A program made the position numbers and the translations under genes. Below, in pieces: positions 37,866 to 48,569 of a DNA stretch of 64,000 nucleotides. The notes below the pieces were generated by a model. That model did not search any database and was not told the DNA's origin. It saw only the letters and a program-made list of their open reading frames with translations. The stretch comes from Escherichia phage 232Ecol030PP. The stretch lies in the sequence record PP355090.1; one strand, given 5' to 3'. The first letter of the stretch is position 1. Every line of letters starts with the position of its first letter.

Positions 37866-37941
37866 TGGTGCTGATTGACGGAATCGAACCGCCGACCTTC
37901 TCATTACAAGTGAGTTGCTCTACCTACTGAGCTAAATCAGC
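37866..37941 (-). tRNA. tRNA-Thr (anticodon TGT)
   Basis: Acceptor GCTGATT/AATCAGC, anticodon loop CTTGTAA, T-loop TTCGATT, CCA. Confidence 0.8.
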
Positions 37942-37946
37942 AAAAC

Positions 37947-38036
37947 TGGCGGAGGCGATAGGATTTGAACCTATGAGTCGCCGGAGCGACTGCCGGTTTT
38001 CAAGACCGGTGCATTAAACCACTCTGCCACGCCTCC
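37947..38036 (-). tRNA. tRNA-Ser (anticodon TGA), class II
   Basis: Acceptor GGAGGCG/CGCCTCC, anticodon loop CTTGAAA, long variable arm, T-loop TTCAAAT, CCA. Confidence 0.8.
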
Positions 38037-38038
38037 AG

Positions 38039-38112
38039 TCTCCGTGGCAGGATTTGAACCTACGACATTCTGCTCCCAAAGCAGACGCTCTACCAAACTG
38101 AGCTACACGGAG
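38039..38112 (-). tRNA. tRNA-Pro (anticodon TGG)
   Basis: Acceptor CTCCGTG/CACGGAG, anticodon loop TTTGGGA, T-loop TTCAAAT; CCA not encoded. Confidence 0.75.
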
Positions 38113-38122
38113 TAAATTAAAT

Positions 38123-38196
<74 letters not shown>

Positions 38197-38201
38197 AAAT
38201 T

Positions 38202-38288
38202 TGGTGCGAGAAGTGGGACTCGAACCCACAAGGAAATCATTCCGCAGCATTTTAAGTGCTGTGCCTTTACCAATTTGGCCATTCTCGC
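38202..38288 (-). tRNA. tRNA-Leu (anticodon TAA), class II
   Basis: Acceptor GCGAGAA/TTCTCGC, anticodon loop CTTAAAA, long variable arm, T-loop TTCGAGT, CCA. Confidence 0.8.
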
Positions 38289-38289
38289 G

Positions 38290-38362
38290 CTGGGAATAAA
38301 GGACTCGAACCTTTGCATCCTGGAATCAAAATCCAGTGCCTTACCAACTTGGCTAATTCCCA
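38290..38362 (-). tRNA. tRNA-Gln (anticodon TTG)
   Basis: Acceptor TGGGAAT/ATTCCCA, anticodon loop TTTTGAT, T-loop TTCGAGT; CCA not encoded. Confidence 0.75.
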
Positions 38363-38459
38363 ATTATTAACAAAGGCTCTTAAGCAAGAACCCTTGATGA
38401 TAGAGGGTATTAATCAGTGCGATATGAGTTAATAATAACAAATAATTCTTAAAGCATAT

Positions 38460-38747
38460 TTACCATTTATAATAATACATATTTACGATGCATTCAAGAC
38501 CCAAAGGATTCTTGAAAATATCATATTCAAGAGGACCTTTTTCTGTTTCAATAAAGAAATCAAAATTTACTGTATTAAATTTACGTTCTTCCTTCACTAA
38601 TTTAACTTGAGAAGATGAACGGTCAATGTAAACCTTTTCAACTTCAAAACATGTTAAAATGCCATAATCATCAATCAAAGCTTTAGCCGCGTCTTGATCA
38701 TATTTATATCCATTTTCAATGGATGATACTTTCGCATAAAGAATCAT
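38460..38747 (-). CDS. hypothetical protein
   Basis: 95-aa ORF, ATG start. Confidence 0.5.
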   Translation of the reverse strand: MILYAKVSSIENGYKYDQDAAKALIDDYGILTCFEVEKVYIDRSSSQVKLVKEERKFNTVNFDFFIETEKGPLEYDIFKNPLGLECIVNMYYYKW

Positions 38748-38749
38748 TA

Positions 38750-39148
38750 TCAGCCTTCATCAACAATAGTGTGAGTATTAGCATTTACGATTTGCCACCA
38801 ATCAAAGCGATTAGAATCCATCGGTTTGTTTTCATTTTCTTTGATAATGTCACGGAGTTCATCTTCAGAGAATGCTTTAGCAATTAAATCGGTATACCCA
38901 CCACGGGGATAATAATTATCACCTGCAAACAAAAGGAAATTTACCTTCCCGGAAGCAACATATGCTTCCTTAGGATACTTGTTTCCTGCGTGGTCAACCA
39001 CTTCAATATAACGGTAAGGAATATCGGTTCTTTCAACCCATTGCCATGCCGCCGCAGGGGAATCGAAAGCATCTACACCTAAACGATTATCTTCATCTTT
39101 AGACGGATTATTTTCGTAATCCGCATATACATAATATTCAACGTTCAT
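38750..39148 (-). CDS. hypothetical protein
   Basis: 132-aa ORF, ATG start. Confidence 0.5.
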   Translation of the reverse strand: MNVEYYVYADYENNPSKDEDNRLGVDAFDSPAAAWQWVERTDIPYRYIEVVDHAGNKYPKEAYVASGKVNFLLFAGDNYYPRGGYTDLIAKAFSEDELRDIIKENENKPMDSNRFDWWQIVNANTHTIVDEG

Positions 39149-39333
39149 TATTCACCTTTAGAAATTTTATCCATAACAATAGCAATTAAACCAATTAAAA
39201 ATGCTACTACAAGTGAAAACACATTTTCTGCTGTAGTCAATAATCCACATATAAATCCAACAAACATTGAAAAACTAAAAGCGGAAGCAGAAATTGCAAT
39301 AGCAACATTTCGAATTAATTCACAACGTTTCAT
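39148..39333 (-). CDS. small membrane protein
   Basis: 61 aa, mostly hydrophobic (two helices). Confidence 0.5.
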   Translation of the reverse strand: MKRCELIRNVAIAISASAFSFSMFVGFICGLLTTAENVFSLVVAFLIGLIAIVMDKISKGE

Positions 39334-39351
39334 TTTATTCTCCTCAGTAGT

Positions 39352-39391
39352 AGATAGGGTAATAGTATCACTACCCTATCTAAAAGTAAAC
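39352..39391 (-). promoter_or_regulatory. T4-type early promoter embedded in 10-bp perfect palindrome
   Basis: GTTTAC (plus 39386-39391); -10 block GTGATACTAT flanked by agatagggta/taccctatct inverted repeat. Confidence 0.5.
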
Positions 39392-39625
39392 TTATTTTTT
39401 ACGAAAAATTGATTTATTTTCTGCTGCCCATTTTTCAATAACTGCAGCAGGACCAGTAACAACAATTTTATCACCGTAATCTTCTGCGGCGAGTTGACCG
39501 AAATTATCTAATGCATCACGAAGAACTCCATGAGGCATTTCACCCATTTTATCTTTCTTGCCAGTGTAAATAAACTCAACTTTTACATCAGCAGTTTCAG
39601 CAATAAATTCTTGGTAAGTTTTCAT
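39392..39625 (-). CDS. ipI: internal protein I (IPI-like) with capsid targeting sequence
   Basis: From ATG at 39625: MKTYQEFIAE... exact T4 CTS decapeptide; an upstream in-frame ATG at 39637 is also possible. Confidence 0.65.
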   Translation of the reverse strand: MKTYQEFIAETADVKVEFIYTGKKDKMGEMPHGVLRDALDNFGQLAAEDYGDKIVVTGPAAVIEKWAAENKSIFRKK

Positions 39626-39651
39626 TTTGATTTCCATTTGGTTTTGTTTTG

Positions 39652-39689
39652 ATAGGGTAATAGTATCACAACTAAAACCCTATGTAAAC
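39652..39689 (-). promoter_or_regulatory. T4-type early promoter with embedded palindrome
   Basis: GTTTAC (plus 39684-39689); GTGATACTATTACCCTATC block; atagggt/accctat inverted repeat. Confidence 0.5.
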
Positions 39690-39701
39690 AACTTTGTGAA
39701 A

Positions 39702-39959
39702 TTATTTTAAATCTTCTAATCGTTTCTTCATCTTAGAACCATTTTTAGCAATTTCTCCTGCATCGGAGCATAATGCTAAAAGTGCTTTAACTTTAGTTTG
39801 GTCTCCTTTAAAAGATGAAGGATCGACCGCAGCAGCAAGTTCTTTAATACGAGAGAAAAGACGCTCAGCTTCAGCTAAAGCCATTCCAAGCTTTACTTCC
39901 ATACCGTGGGAAGATTCAGTGATAGTAGTTTTTGTAGCAAACTCTTTGAAAGTTTTCAT
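39702..39959 (-). CDS. internal-protein-like protein with variant CTS
   Basis: N-terminus MKTFKEFATKTTITE resembles CTS consensus with an I-T-E site; small, lysine/alanine-rich. Confidence 0.5.
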   Translation of the reverse strand: MKTFKEFATKTTITESSHGMEVKLGMALAEAERLFSRIKELAAAVDPSSFKGDQTKVKALLALCSDAGEIAKNGSKMKKRLEDLK

Positions 39960-39981
39960 TTTTATTTTCCTAATTAATTTT

Positions 39982-40020
39982 GATGAGGTAATAGTATCAC
40001 TACCTCATCAGTATGTAAAC
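39982..40020 (-). promoter_or_regulatory. T4-type early promoter embedded in palindrome with compensatory changes
   Basis: GTTTAC (plus 40015-40020); loop atagtatcac identical to 39362-39371 but arms gatgaggta/tacctcatc co-vary. Confidence 0.5.
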
Positions 40021-40032
40021 AACTTTGTGAAA

Positions 40033-40717
<685 letters not shown>

Positions 40718-40718
<1 letters not shown>

Positions 40719-41443
40719 TATAGTACCTTTAGTGTATTTTTAATTTTAGAAAAAAGTTCTTCAAGAGAACCATCGTTTGTAATTACTAAATCGCCATCAC
40801 GAATTGGCAATCCAGCTTCTGTAATATGTGTATCATTGGATTTTTGACCAGGACGAACTACATGAATTACTGTAGCACCCATCGCCCTAGCCGCATCCAT
40901 TTCATGATCTTGACGGGTATCAGGAACGATATAATAATCATAACCTGAGTTAAATTTATCAAGATAATCTAAAGCAAATAATTTTACCCAGTACATGCGG
41001 TCGAAGTTATTAACAATCAAATCCGTACCTAGGGCTTGCATCAGACGACGGACTGACCATTGATCTTCAATATTATTTATAACGTCAATAATCTTGTTAA
41101 ATGCTACGGAATTAACTGATTCTTGTCCTTCGTCATCAAAAACAAACACACCTTTAATTGGGCTTTTACCATTAAGATAGCAAAATGCTTGTTCCATAAT
41201 CGTGATTACTTCTAATTTAGTTAGATTTAAATTAGTCTCACGATCATAGTCAATTCCTTCAAACTCTTTACGAGTTAAGCAAGGATAGTCGGTATTTGCT
41301 GCAAATACTCCCCATGCATAAGCCAATGCATCCTTAATAGGACCAGCAAGTTGGTATTTAACTGCAGAATAATTGCTCATGATAAAATCAGCAGTAGTAT
41401 CTTTTCCACTACGCTTTACACCGCTTAAAAAGATTAGTTTCAT
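40718..41443 (-). CDS. 1: deoxynucleoside monophosphate kinase gp1
   Basis: 241 aa MKLIFLSGVKRSGKDTTADFIMSNYSAVKYQLAGPIKDALAYAWG...; near-identical to T4 gp1 as recalled. Confidence 0.92.
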
Positions 41444-41492
41444 ATGTTTCTCCTCAAATTTAGTTAAGATTATAACACATGAAACTGAAGCA

Positions 41493-42023
41493 TTAAACTT
41501 CCGCTATAATTTTTCCATCTTTTTCTACTTGAAAATACGTATAAGGAATCGTTGCTGTACATACTAAAGCCGGGTCTGAATCTTCTGTGTAGCTAAATTC
41601 TACTTCAGATAGGTCAGAAACCCAAGGCTTATAAAAATTTATTGACATCACGATTTCAGTTTTGCTATTATCTAAAATGTAAAGCGTAATGTATTCAGGA
41701 CCTGTTTTTTGGGCAGTATTTTCACCTGTAAGATAGTTGCTAGTTCCTAGCATCCATTCATACATTCCTATCCATGACTTAAGTTCTTCATCAACTATAA
41801 ATCTCACGATGAGTGGATCGTACTCAAATGTAGCACCTGGACGTTGTGCTCGGCCCAGTCCAAACGGCCCAGTCACGGTATCAGTAACAGGTATTCTAAT
41901 TCCTGGAATAGGAACTGACTGAGCATTTAAAGTAAAAGCAGATGTAGTATTACTATGTGGTATTGATACTACAAAGTTAGTTGTATTTGCTTGGTTAAAA
42001 ATTTGTTGCAGTGCTTGCGACAT
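41493..42023 (-). CDS. 3: tail completion and sheath stabilizer protein gp3
   Basis: ATG at 42023 gives 176 aa (MSQALQQIFNQANTT...) matching T4 gp3 length. Confidence 0.75.
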   Translation of the reverse strand: MSQALQQIFNQANTTNFVVSIPHSNTTSAFTLNAQSVPIPGIRIPVTDTVTGPFGLGRAQRPGATFEYDPLIVRFIVDEELKSWIGMYEWMLGTSNYLTGENTAQKTGPEYITLYILDNSKTEIVMSINFYKPWVSDLSEVEFSYTEDSDPALVCTATIPYTYFQVEKDGKIIAEV

Positions 42024-42129
42024 ATATTCCTCATAATGCTTTATAACTGTTGGTGGTATAATGGGTCTAAGTCCCTTCCATTCAATTCCATTTAGAACAA
42101 ACAACAGAAAAGAATGGAAGATAATAGAA

Positions 42130-42954
42130 TTAGATATTTGACCAGACTTTGTTTGCAGAGAAACGTTTTCCTTTTGAAACGAACTGCTGAAGTGGCATTA
42201 ACACAACGTTCGCCCAGTCTTTCGGGGCGATTTCAACAAGGCTACCCATAATATTACCAGGTATATATGCCTTAATCATTTGGTCTGCACCCCTAAATCC
42301 TTTCACTTGACTCCAATCAATTTTTAATTTCGTTTTATTAGTAATAGTAGGTGTATTTGCATATTGCTTTAAAAGCTCTTCTAGAAACTGTTGACGAGCT
42401 TTAGGTGGAATATAGTGCAAGTTCAATCCGTACATTAAATTATGCTTACCTAAACCAAGGTAAATTATCAAAGGAAATTTATCCCAGTAAGGAAGAGTTT
42501 CCTTGTGTTTAGCATCATAAGCAAAAGCATATATTCGTCCCGGCTGCGGGCGAACAACTTTATGTCCTTTTACTTGCTTAATAGTTTCAGCAAACCACTT
42601 TCTGGTTTTATTATTAATTGCTGCGCCTTCATTACGAATTTTATCGCGCAATGTTTGTCTGAATGAATTTATCATAAGCAGTTGTCTTTCTTGCTTATTG
42701 AGTTTATTCATTGGTTTTGATTCAAGCTTTTGAATCTTTTCAGCCGTTTTAATTCCTGAAGCATATTTTGACATTGCTGAAGTAAACGTAGAGTATTTGA
42801 TTCCTCTTTCTTCAGCAAATTGCTTTCCTGTCATTCCTTTTGCTTTGGCCTTTTTATATTCAAGACCTATCTGAATCCATTTCTTTTCGTTTAATGATTG
42901 CTTAACCTTTGGAACTTGGGGAGTGCTTTCATTAATTATTTGAAAAATAGCCAT
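42130..42954 (-). CDS. 2: DNA end protector protein gp2
   Basis: 274 aa, T4 gp2 length and position. Confidence 0.8.
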
Positions 42955-43406
42955 TATGCCCCCTTAAAGCCAAGAGCTCGTAATCCATCTTCTGTCAGAA
43001 TTCTAAATTTTATTCCACGCTTTTCAGCTAAAGCTTGCGCTGCTTTCCATTTGTCGGTATTAACAGAATATGTATAAATTTCATTCATAAATCTTTTCTT
43101 CGCTGCGGTTGTTAGATGTGCTGGTTTAACTGGTGGTTGTGTTTCTTTTTTAGGTTTTATTTCAATAAAAAATTCTTGTCCAGAAGAATCTTTCATCCAA
43201 ATATCCATGAAGTATCTACGTTTTTTCCCTTCTGCATTACAAAAATAAGGAATTACTGCTGTTTCACTACCCCATGCAATAATTTCTGGATTTTTATCTA
43301 ACCATTCAAAAAAGAATTTTTCCCAATTTGATCTATACGTAATTTTTTTAGGGTCACCTCTATACTTTGATATATTTTTAGGAACCCATTTTCCAGAATA
43401 TGCCAT
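42954..43406 (-). CDS. 4: head completion protein gp4
   Basis: 150 aa, T4 gp4 length and position; late promoter upstream. Confidence 0.8.
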
Positions 43407-43417
43407 TGGATTCTCCT

Positions 43418-43440
43418 TATAAATAGATAATATATTTATA
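43418..43440. promoter_or_regulatory. divergent late promoters (TATAAATA) for gene 53 (plus) and gene 4 (minus)
   Basis: Plus TATAAATA at 43418-43425 and its reverse complement tatttata at 43433-43440, between divergent ATGs 43406 and 43454. Confidence 0.6.
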
Positions 43441-43453
43441 AACAGGAGGGCCC

Positions 43454-44044
43454 ATGCTCTTTACATTTTTTGATCCGATTGAATATGCGGCCAAAACGGT
43501 GAATAAAAACGCGCCGACTATTCCTATGACAGATATTTTTAGAAACTATAAAGACTATTTTAAACGCGCTCTTGCGGGATACCGCTTACGTACTTATTAT
43601 ATCAAAGGTTCACCACGCCCGGAAGAATTAGCAAATACTATATATGGAAATCCACAGTTGTATTGGGTTTTATTGATGTGTAATGATAATTATGACCCGT
43701 ATTATGGATGGATTACTTCACAAGAAGCAGCTTATCAAGCATCTATACAAAAATACAAAAATGTAGGTGGAGACCAAATAGTATATCATGTGAATGAGAA
43801 CGGTGAAAAATTTTATAATTTAATATCATACGATGATAATCCATATGTTTGGTATGATAAAGGTGATAAAGCTAGAAAATATCCTCAATATGAAGGAGCA
43901 CTTGCTGCTGTTAATACGTATGAAGATGCTGTTCTTGAAAATGAAAAACTTCGTCAAATAAAAATAATAGCAAAATCAGACATTAATTCATTTATGAACG
44001 ACCTTATACGTATAATGGAGAAATCTTATGGAAATGATAAGTAA
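43454..44044 (+). CDS. 53: baseplate wedge protein gp53
   Basis: 196 aa, AGGAGG RBS; T4 gp53 length and position. Confidence 0.85.
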   Translation: MLFTFFDPIEYAAKTVNKNAPTIPMTDIFRNYKDYFKRALAGYRLRTYYIKGSPRPEELANTIYGNPQLYWVLLMCNDNYDPYYGWITSQEAAYQASIQKYKNVGGDQIVYHVNENGEKFYNLISYDDNPYVWYDKGDKARKYPQYEGALAAVNTYEDAVLENEKLRQIKIIAKSDINSFMNDLIRIMEKSYGNDK

Positions 44045-45755
44045 TAACCTTAATTGGTTTGTTGGTGTTGTTGAAGATAGAATGGACCCATTAAAATTAG
44101 GTCGTGTTCGTGTTCGTGTGGTTGGTCTGCATCCACCTCAAAGAGCACAAGGCGATGTAATGGGTATTCCAACTGAAAAATTACCATGGATGTCAGTTAT
44201 TCAACCTATAACTTCTGCAGCAATGTCTGGAATTGGAGGTTCTGTTACTGGACCGGTAGAAGGAACTAGAGTTTATGGTCATTTTTTAGACAAATGGAAA
44301 ACTAACGGAATTGTCCTTGGCACGTATGGTGGAATAGTTCGCGAAAAACCGAATAGACTTGAAGGATTTTCTGACCCAACTGGGCAATATCCTAGACGTT
44401 TAGGAAATGATACTAATGTATTAAACCAAGGCGGAGAAGTAGGATATGATTCGTCTTCTAACATTATCCAAGATAGTAACTTAGACACTGCAATAAATCC
44501 CGATGATAGACCACTATCAGAGATTCCAACCGATGATAATCCAAATATGTCAATGGCTGACATGCTTCGCCGTGATGAAGGATTAAGACTAAAAGTTTAT
44601 TGGGATACTGAAGGATATCCGACAATTGGTATTGGTCATCTTATCATGAAGCAGCCAGTTCGTGATATGGCTCAAATTAATAAAGTTTTATCAAAACAAG
44701 TTGGTCGTGAAATTACTGGAAACCCAGGTTCTATTACGATGGAAGAGGCGACGACTTTATTTGAACGTGATTTGGCTGATATGCAACGGGACATTAAATC
44801 ACATTCTAAAGTAGGACCAGTCTGGCAAGCTGTCAACCGTTCTCGTCAAATGGCGTTAGAAAATATGGCATTTCAAATGGGTGTTGGCGGTGTAGCTAAA
44901 TTTAACACAATGTTAACTGCTATGTTAGCCGGAGATTGGGAAAAAGCATATAAAGCCGGTCGTGATTCATTGTGGTATCAACAAACAAAAGGCCGTGCAT
45001 CCCGTGTTACCATGATTATTCTTACGGGGAATTTGGAATCATATGGTGTTGAAGTGAAAACCCCAGCTAGGTCTCTATCAGCAATGGCTGCTACTGTAGC
45101 TAAATCTTCTGACCCGGCTGACCCTCCTATTCCAAATGACTCGAGAATTTTATTCAAAGAACCAGTTTCTTCATATAAAGGTGAATATCCTTATGTGCAT
45201 ACAATGGAAACTGAAAGCGGACATATTCAGGAATTTGATGATACTCCTGGGCAAGAACGATACAGATTAGTTCATCCGACTGGAACTTATGAAGAAGTAT
45301 CACCGTCAGGAAGAAGAACAAGAAAAACTGTCGATAATTTGTATGATATAACCAACGCTGATGGTAATTTTTTGGTAGCCGGTGATAAAAAGACTAACGT
45401 CGGTGGATCAGAAATTTATTACAACATGGATAATCGTCTTCACCAAATAGATGGAAGCAATACAATATTTGTACGTGGCGATGAAACTAAGACAGTTGAA
45501 GGCAATGGAACTATCCTAGTTAAAGGTAATGTTACTATTGTAGTTGAAGGTAATGCTGACATTACAGTTAAAGGAGATGCTACCACTTTAGTTGAAGGAA
45601 ATCAAACTAACACAGTAAATGGAAATCTTTCTTGGAAAGTTGCTGGGACAGTTGATTGGGACGTTGGTGGTGATTGGACAGAAAAAATGGCATCTATGAG
45701 TTCTATTTCATCTGGTCAATACACAATTGATGGATCGAGGATTGACATTGGCTAA
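44028..45755 (+). CDS. 5: baseplate hub and tail lysozyme gp5
   Basis: 575 aa with lysozyme-like middle domain (LRRDEGLRLKVYWDTEGYPTIGIGHL) and C-terminal VxGxxxxx beta-helix repeats. Confidence 0.92.
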   Translation: MEMISNNLNWFVGVVEDRMDPLKLGRVRVRVVGLHPPQRAQGDVMGIPTEKLPWMSVIQPITSAAMSGIGGSVTGPVEGTRVYGHFLDKWKTNGIVLGTYGGIVREKPNRLEGFSDPTGQYPRRLGNDTNVLNQGGEVGYDSSSNIIQDSNLDTAINPDDRPLSEIPTDDNPNMSMADMLRRDEGLRLKVYWDTEGYPTIGIGHLIMKQPVRDMAQINKVLSKQVGREITGNPGSITMEEATTLFERDLADMQRDIKSHSKVGPVWQAVNRSRQMALENMAFQMGVGGVAKFNTMLTAMLAGDWEKAYKAGRDSLWYQQTKGRASRVTMIILTGNLESYGVEVKTPARSLSAMAATVAKSSDPADPPIPNDSRILFKEPVSSYKGEYPYVHTMETESGHIQEFDDTPGQERYRLVHPTGTYEEVSPSGRRTRKTVDNLYDITNADGNFLVAGDKKTNVGGSEIYYNMDNRLHQIDGSNTIFVRGDETKTVEGNGTILVKGNVTIVVEGNADITVKGDATTLVEGNQTNTVNGNLSWKVAGTVDWDVGGDWTEKMASMSSISSGQYTIDGSRIDIG

Positions 45756-45765
45756 TATACTTCCA

Positions 45766-46284
45766 ATGAGCGCTGATTTAGGAGAATCCATGGAAGGTTC
45801 TTCTATCGACGTCACCTTTACCGCTCAATTAGAAACAGGTGAAACGTTAGTATCTATAAATATAACTAGTTACGAAGAAACTCCTGGGGTTTTAGTAGAA
45901 GAAAATCGCTTATACGGAACATATGAATCTGTGTTTGGATTTGGAAATGACGCGTTGAAATATCGTTTAGGCGATGAATTTAAAACTGCTGCTTCATGGG
46001 AAGAACTTCCTACTGATTCTGATACTCAGTTGTATTTATGGAAAGCTCCTCAAAACCTCCAGAAGACATTCACTTACGAAGTAACATTAATATATGACTA
46101 CCAAGAACAAAGTGAATCTGGAGGTTCTGGCAGTAATTCTAGGTCATCTTCTGATACTACTGAACCGACAGATCCTCCTGCTCCAGTAAGAAAAACTCTC
46201 GTTAAAAATTATACTAAAACTATAGTTGGAAATTGGAGTCGTTGGGCTAATAAATTAAGAAGCTATGTGTATGAGAGGTCATAG
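45766..46284 (+). CDS. hypothetical protein (5.1 position)
   Basis: ORF between gp5 and the PAAR gene; start placed at first ATG after gp5 stop. Confidence 0.45.
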
Positions 46285-46578
46285 ATGTCAGGATTAAGTT
46301 ATGATAAATGTGTTACTGCTGGTCATGAAGCATGGCCTCCAACAGTTGTGAATGCTACACAAAGTAAAGTATTCACTGGAGGAATTGCTGTTCTCGTAGC
46401 AGGTGATCCAATTACAGAACATACAGAAATTAAAAAGCCATATGAAACACATGGCGGAGTGACACAACCCAGAACTTCTAAGGTATATGTCACTGGAAAG
46501 AAAGCTGTTCAAATGGCTGATCCAATATCATGCGGTGATACTGTGGCTCAGGCATCATCTAAAGTATTCATTAAATAG
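46285..46578 (+). CDS. 5.4: PAAR-repeat spike tip protein gp5.4
   Basis: 97 aa; position and size match T4 gp5.4. Confidence 0.75.
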
Positions 46579-46586
46579 GATTTAAA

Positions 46587-48569
46587 ATGGCAAATACCCC
46601 TGTAAATTATCAATTAACAAGAACAGCAAATGCTATTCCCGAGATATTCGTCGGGGGTACATTTGCTGAAATAAAACAAAACCTCATTGAATGGCTTAAT
46701 GGCCAAAATGAATTTTTGGATTATGATTTTGAAGGCTCAAGATTAAACGTTCTGTGTGACCTTTTAGCTTATAATACATTGTACATTCAACAGTTTGGTA
46801 ATGCTGCTGTGTATGAAAGCTTTATGCGTACTGCTAACTTACGAAGTTCAGTTGTTCAAGCTGCACAAGATAACGGATATTTACCTACTTCAAAATCCGC
46901 TGCGCAGACCGAAATTATGTTAACATGCACCGACGCATTGAATAGGAATTACATTACTATTCCTCGCGGAACTCGCTTTTTAGCATATGCAAAAGATACT
47001 TCTGTTAATCCATATAACTTCGTTTCTACCGAAGACGTTATTGCTATTCGTGATAAAAATAACCAATATTTTCCGCGTTTAAAATTGGCCCAGGGACGTA
47101 TAGTAAGAACTGAAATCATTTATGATAAATTAACACCTATTATCATTTATGATAAAAATATTGATAGAAACCAGGTTAAATTATACGTTGATGGAGCAGA
47201 ATGGATTAACTGGACAAGAAAGTCAATGGTTCATGCTGGTTCTACATCGACAATTTACTACATGCGTGAAACTATTGATGGAAATACTGAATTCTATTTT
47301 GGTGAAGGTGAAATTTCTGTTAATGCTTCTGAAGGAGCTTTGACCGCTAATTATATCGGAGGTCTTAAACCTACTCAGAACTCTACGATTGTTATTGAGT
47401 ACATCAGTACTAATGGTGCTGACGCGAACGGAGCAGTCGGATTTTCATACGCAGATACATTAACAAATATAACTGTCATCAATATTAATGAAAATCCAAA
47501 CGATGACCCAGATTTTGTTGGGGCAGATGGCGGCGGTGATCCAGAAGATATTGAGCGTATCCGCGAATTGGGTACTATTAAACGCGAAACCCAGCAACGC
47601 TGCGTAACTGCGACTGACTATGATACATTCGTTTCAGAGAGATTTGGTTCTATTATTCAAGCAGTTCAGACTTTCACTGATTCTACTAAACCTGGTTATG
47701 CATTTATTGCTGCTAAACCTAAATCAGGTCTGTATTTAACTACTGTACAGCGTGAAGATATTAAAAATTATCTCAAAGACTATAATTTAGCTCCTATTAC
47801 GCCATCAATTATTTCTCCTAATTATCTTTTTATTAAGACTAATTTAAAAGTCACATATGCTTTAAATAAGCTGCAAGAATCCGAACAGTGGCTCGAAGGT
47901 CAAATAATTGATAAAATTGATCGTTATTATACCGAAGACGTAGAAATTTTTAATTCATCTTTCGCTAAATCTAAGATGTTGACATATGTAGATGATGCAG
48001 ATCATTCTATCATTGGCTCATCAGCGACAATTCAAATTGTTCGTGAAGTACAAAACTTCTATAAAACGCCTGAAGCAGGTATTAAATACAATAATCAAAT
48101 AAAAGATCGTTCTATGGAATCTAATACGTTTTCATTTAATTCTGGACGAAAGGTTGTAAATCCTGATACTGGTTTAGAAGAAGATGTATTATATGACGTT
48201 CGCATAGTATCAACAGACCGAGATTCTAAAGGAATTGGTAAAGTTATTATTGGTCCATTTGCTTCTGGCGATGTTACAGAAAATGAAAACATTCAGCCAT
48301 ATACAGGCAACGATTTTAACAAATTAGCAAATTCTGATGGACGCGACAAATACTATGTTATCGGTGAAATAAATTATCCAGCTGATGTGATTTATTGGAA
48401 TATCGCTAAAATTAATTTAACATCTGAAAAATTTGAAGTTCAGACCATCGAATTATATTCTGACCCAACCGATGATGTTATCTTTACTCGCGACGGTTCA
48501 CTGATTGTATTTGAAAATGACTTACGTCCACAATACTTAACTATCGATTTGGAGCCTATATCACAATGA
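46587..48569 (+). CDS. 6: baseplate wedge protein gp6
   Basis: 660 aa, T4 gp6 length and order. Confidence 0.88.
   Translation: MANTPVNYQLTRTANAIPEIFVGGTFAEIKQNLIEWLNGQNEFLDYDFEGSRLNVLCDLLAYNTLYIQQFGNAAVYESFMRTANLRSSVVQAAQDNGYLPTSKSAAQTEIMLTCTDALNRNYITIPRGTRFLAYAKDTSVNPYNFVSTEDVIAIRDKNNQYFPRLKLAQGRIVRTEIIYDKLTPIIIYDKNIDRNQVKLYVDGAEWINWTRKSMVHAGSTSTIYYMRETIDGNTEFYFGEGEISVNASEGALTANYIGGLKPTQNSTIVIEYISTNGADANGAVGFSYADTLTNITVININENPNDDPDFVGADGGGDPEDIERIRELGTIKRETQQRCVTATDYDTFVSERFGSIIQAVQTFTDSTKPGYAFIAAKPKSGLYLTTVQREDIKNYLKDYNLAPITPSIISPNYLFIKTNLKVTYALNKLQESEQWLEGQIIDKIDRYYTEDVEIFNSSFAKSKMLTYVDDADHSIIGSSATIQIVREVQNFYKTPEAGIKYNNQIKDRSMESNTFSFNSGRKVVNPDTGLEEDVLYDVRIVSTDRDSKGIGKVIIGPFASGDVTENENIQPYTGNDFNKLANSDGRDKYYVIGEINYPADVIYWNIAKINLTSEKFEVQTIELYSDPTDDVIFTRDGSLIVFENDLRPQYLTIDLEPISQ

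Noticed and set aside
44279-44563. Minus-strand 94-aa ORF inside gene 5, and similar ORFs inside genes 6, 7, 8, 10, 11, 12, 13 (for example 50394-50753, 52010-52345)
   Set aside because: Embedded antisense in well-supported late structural genes; no independent signals.
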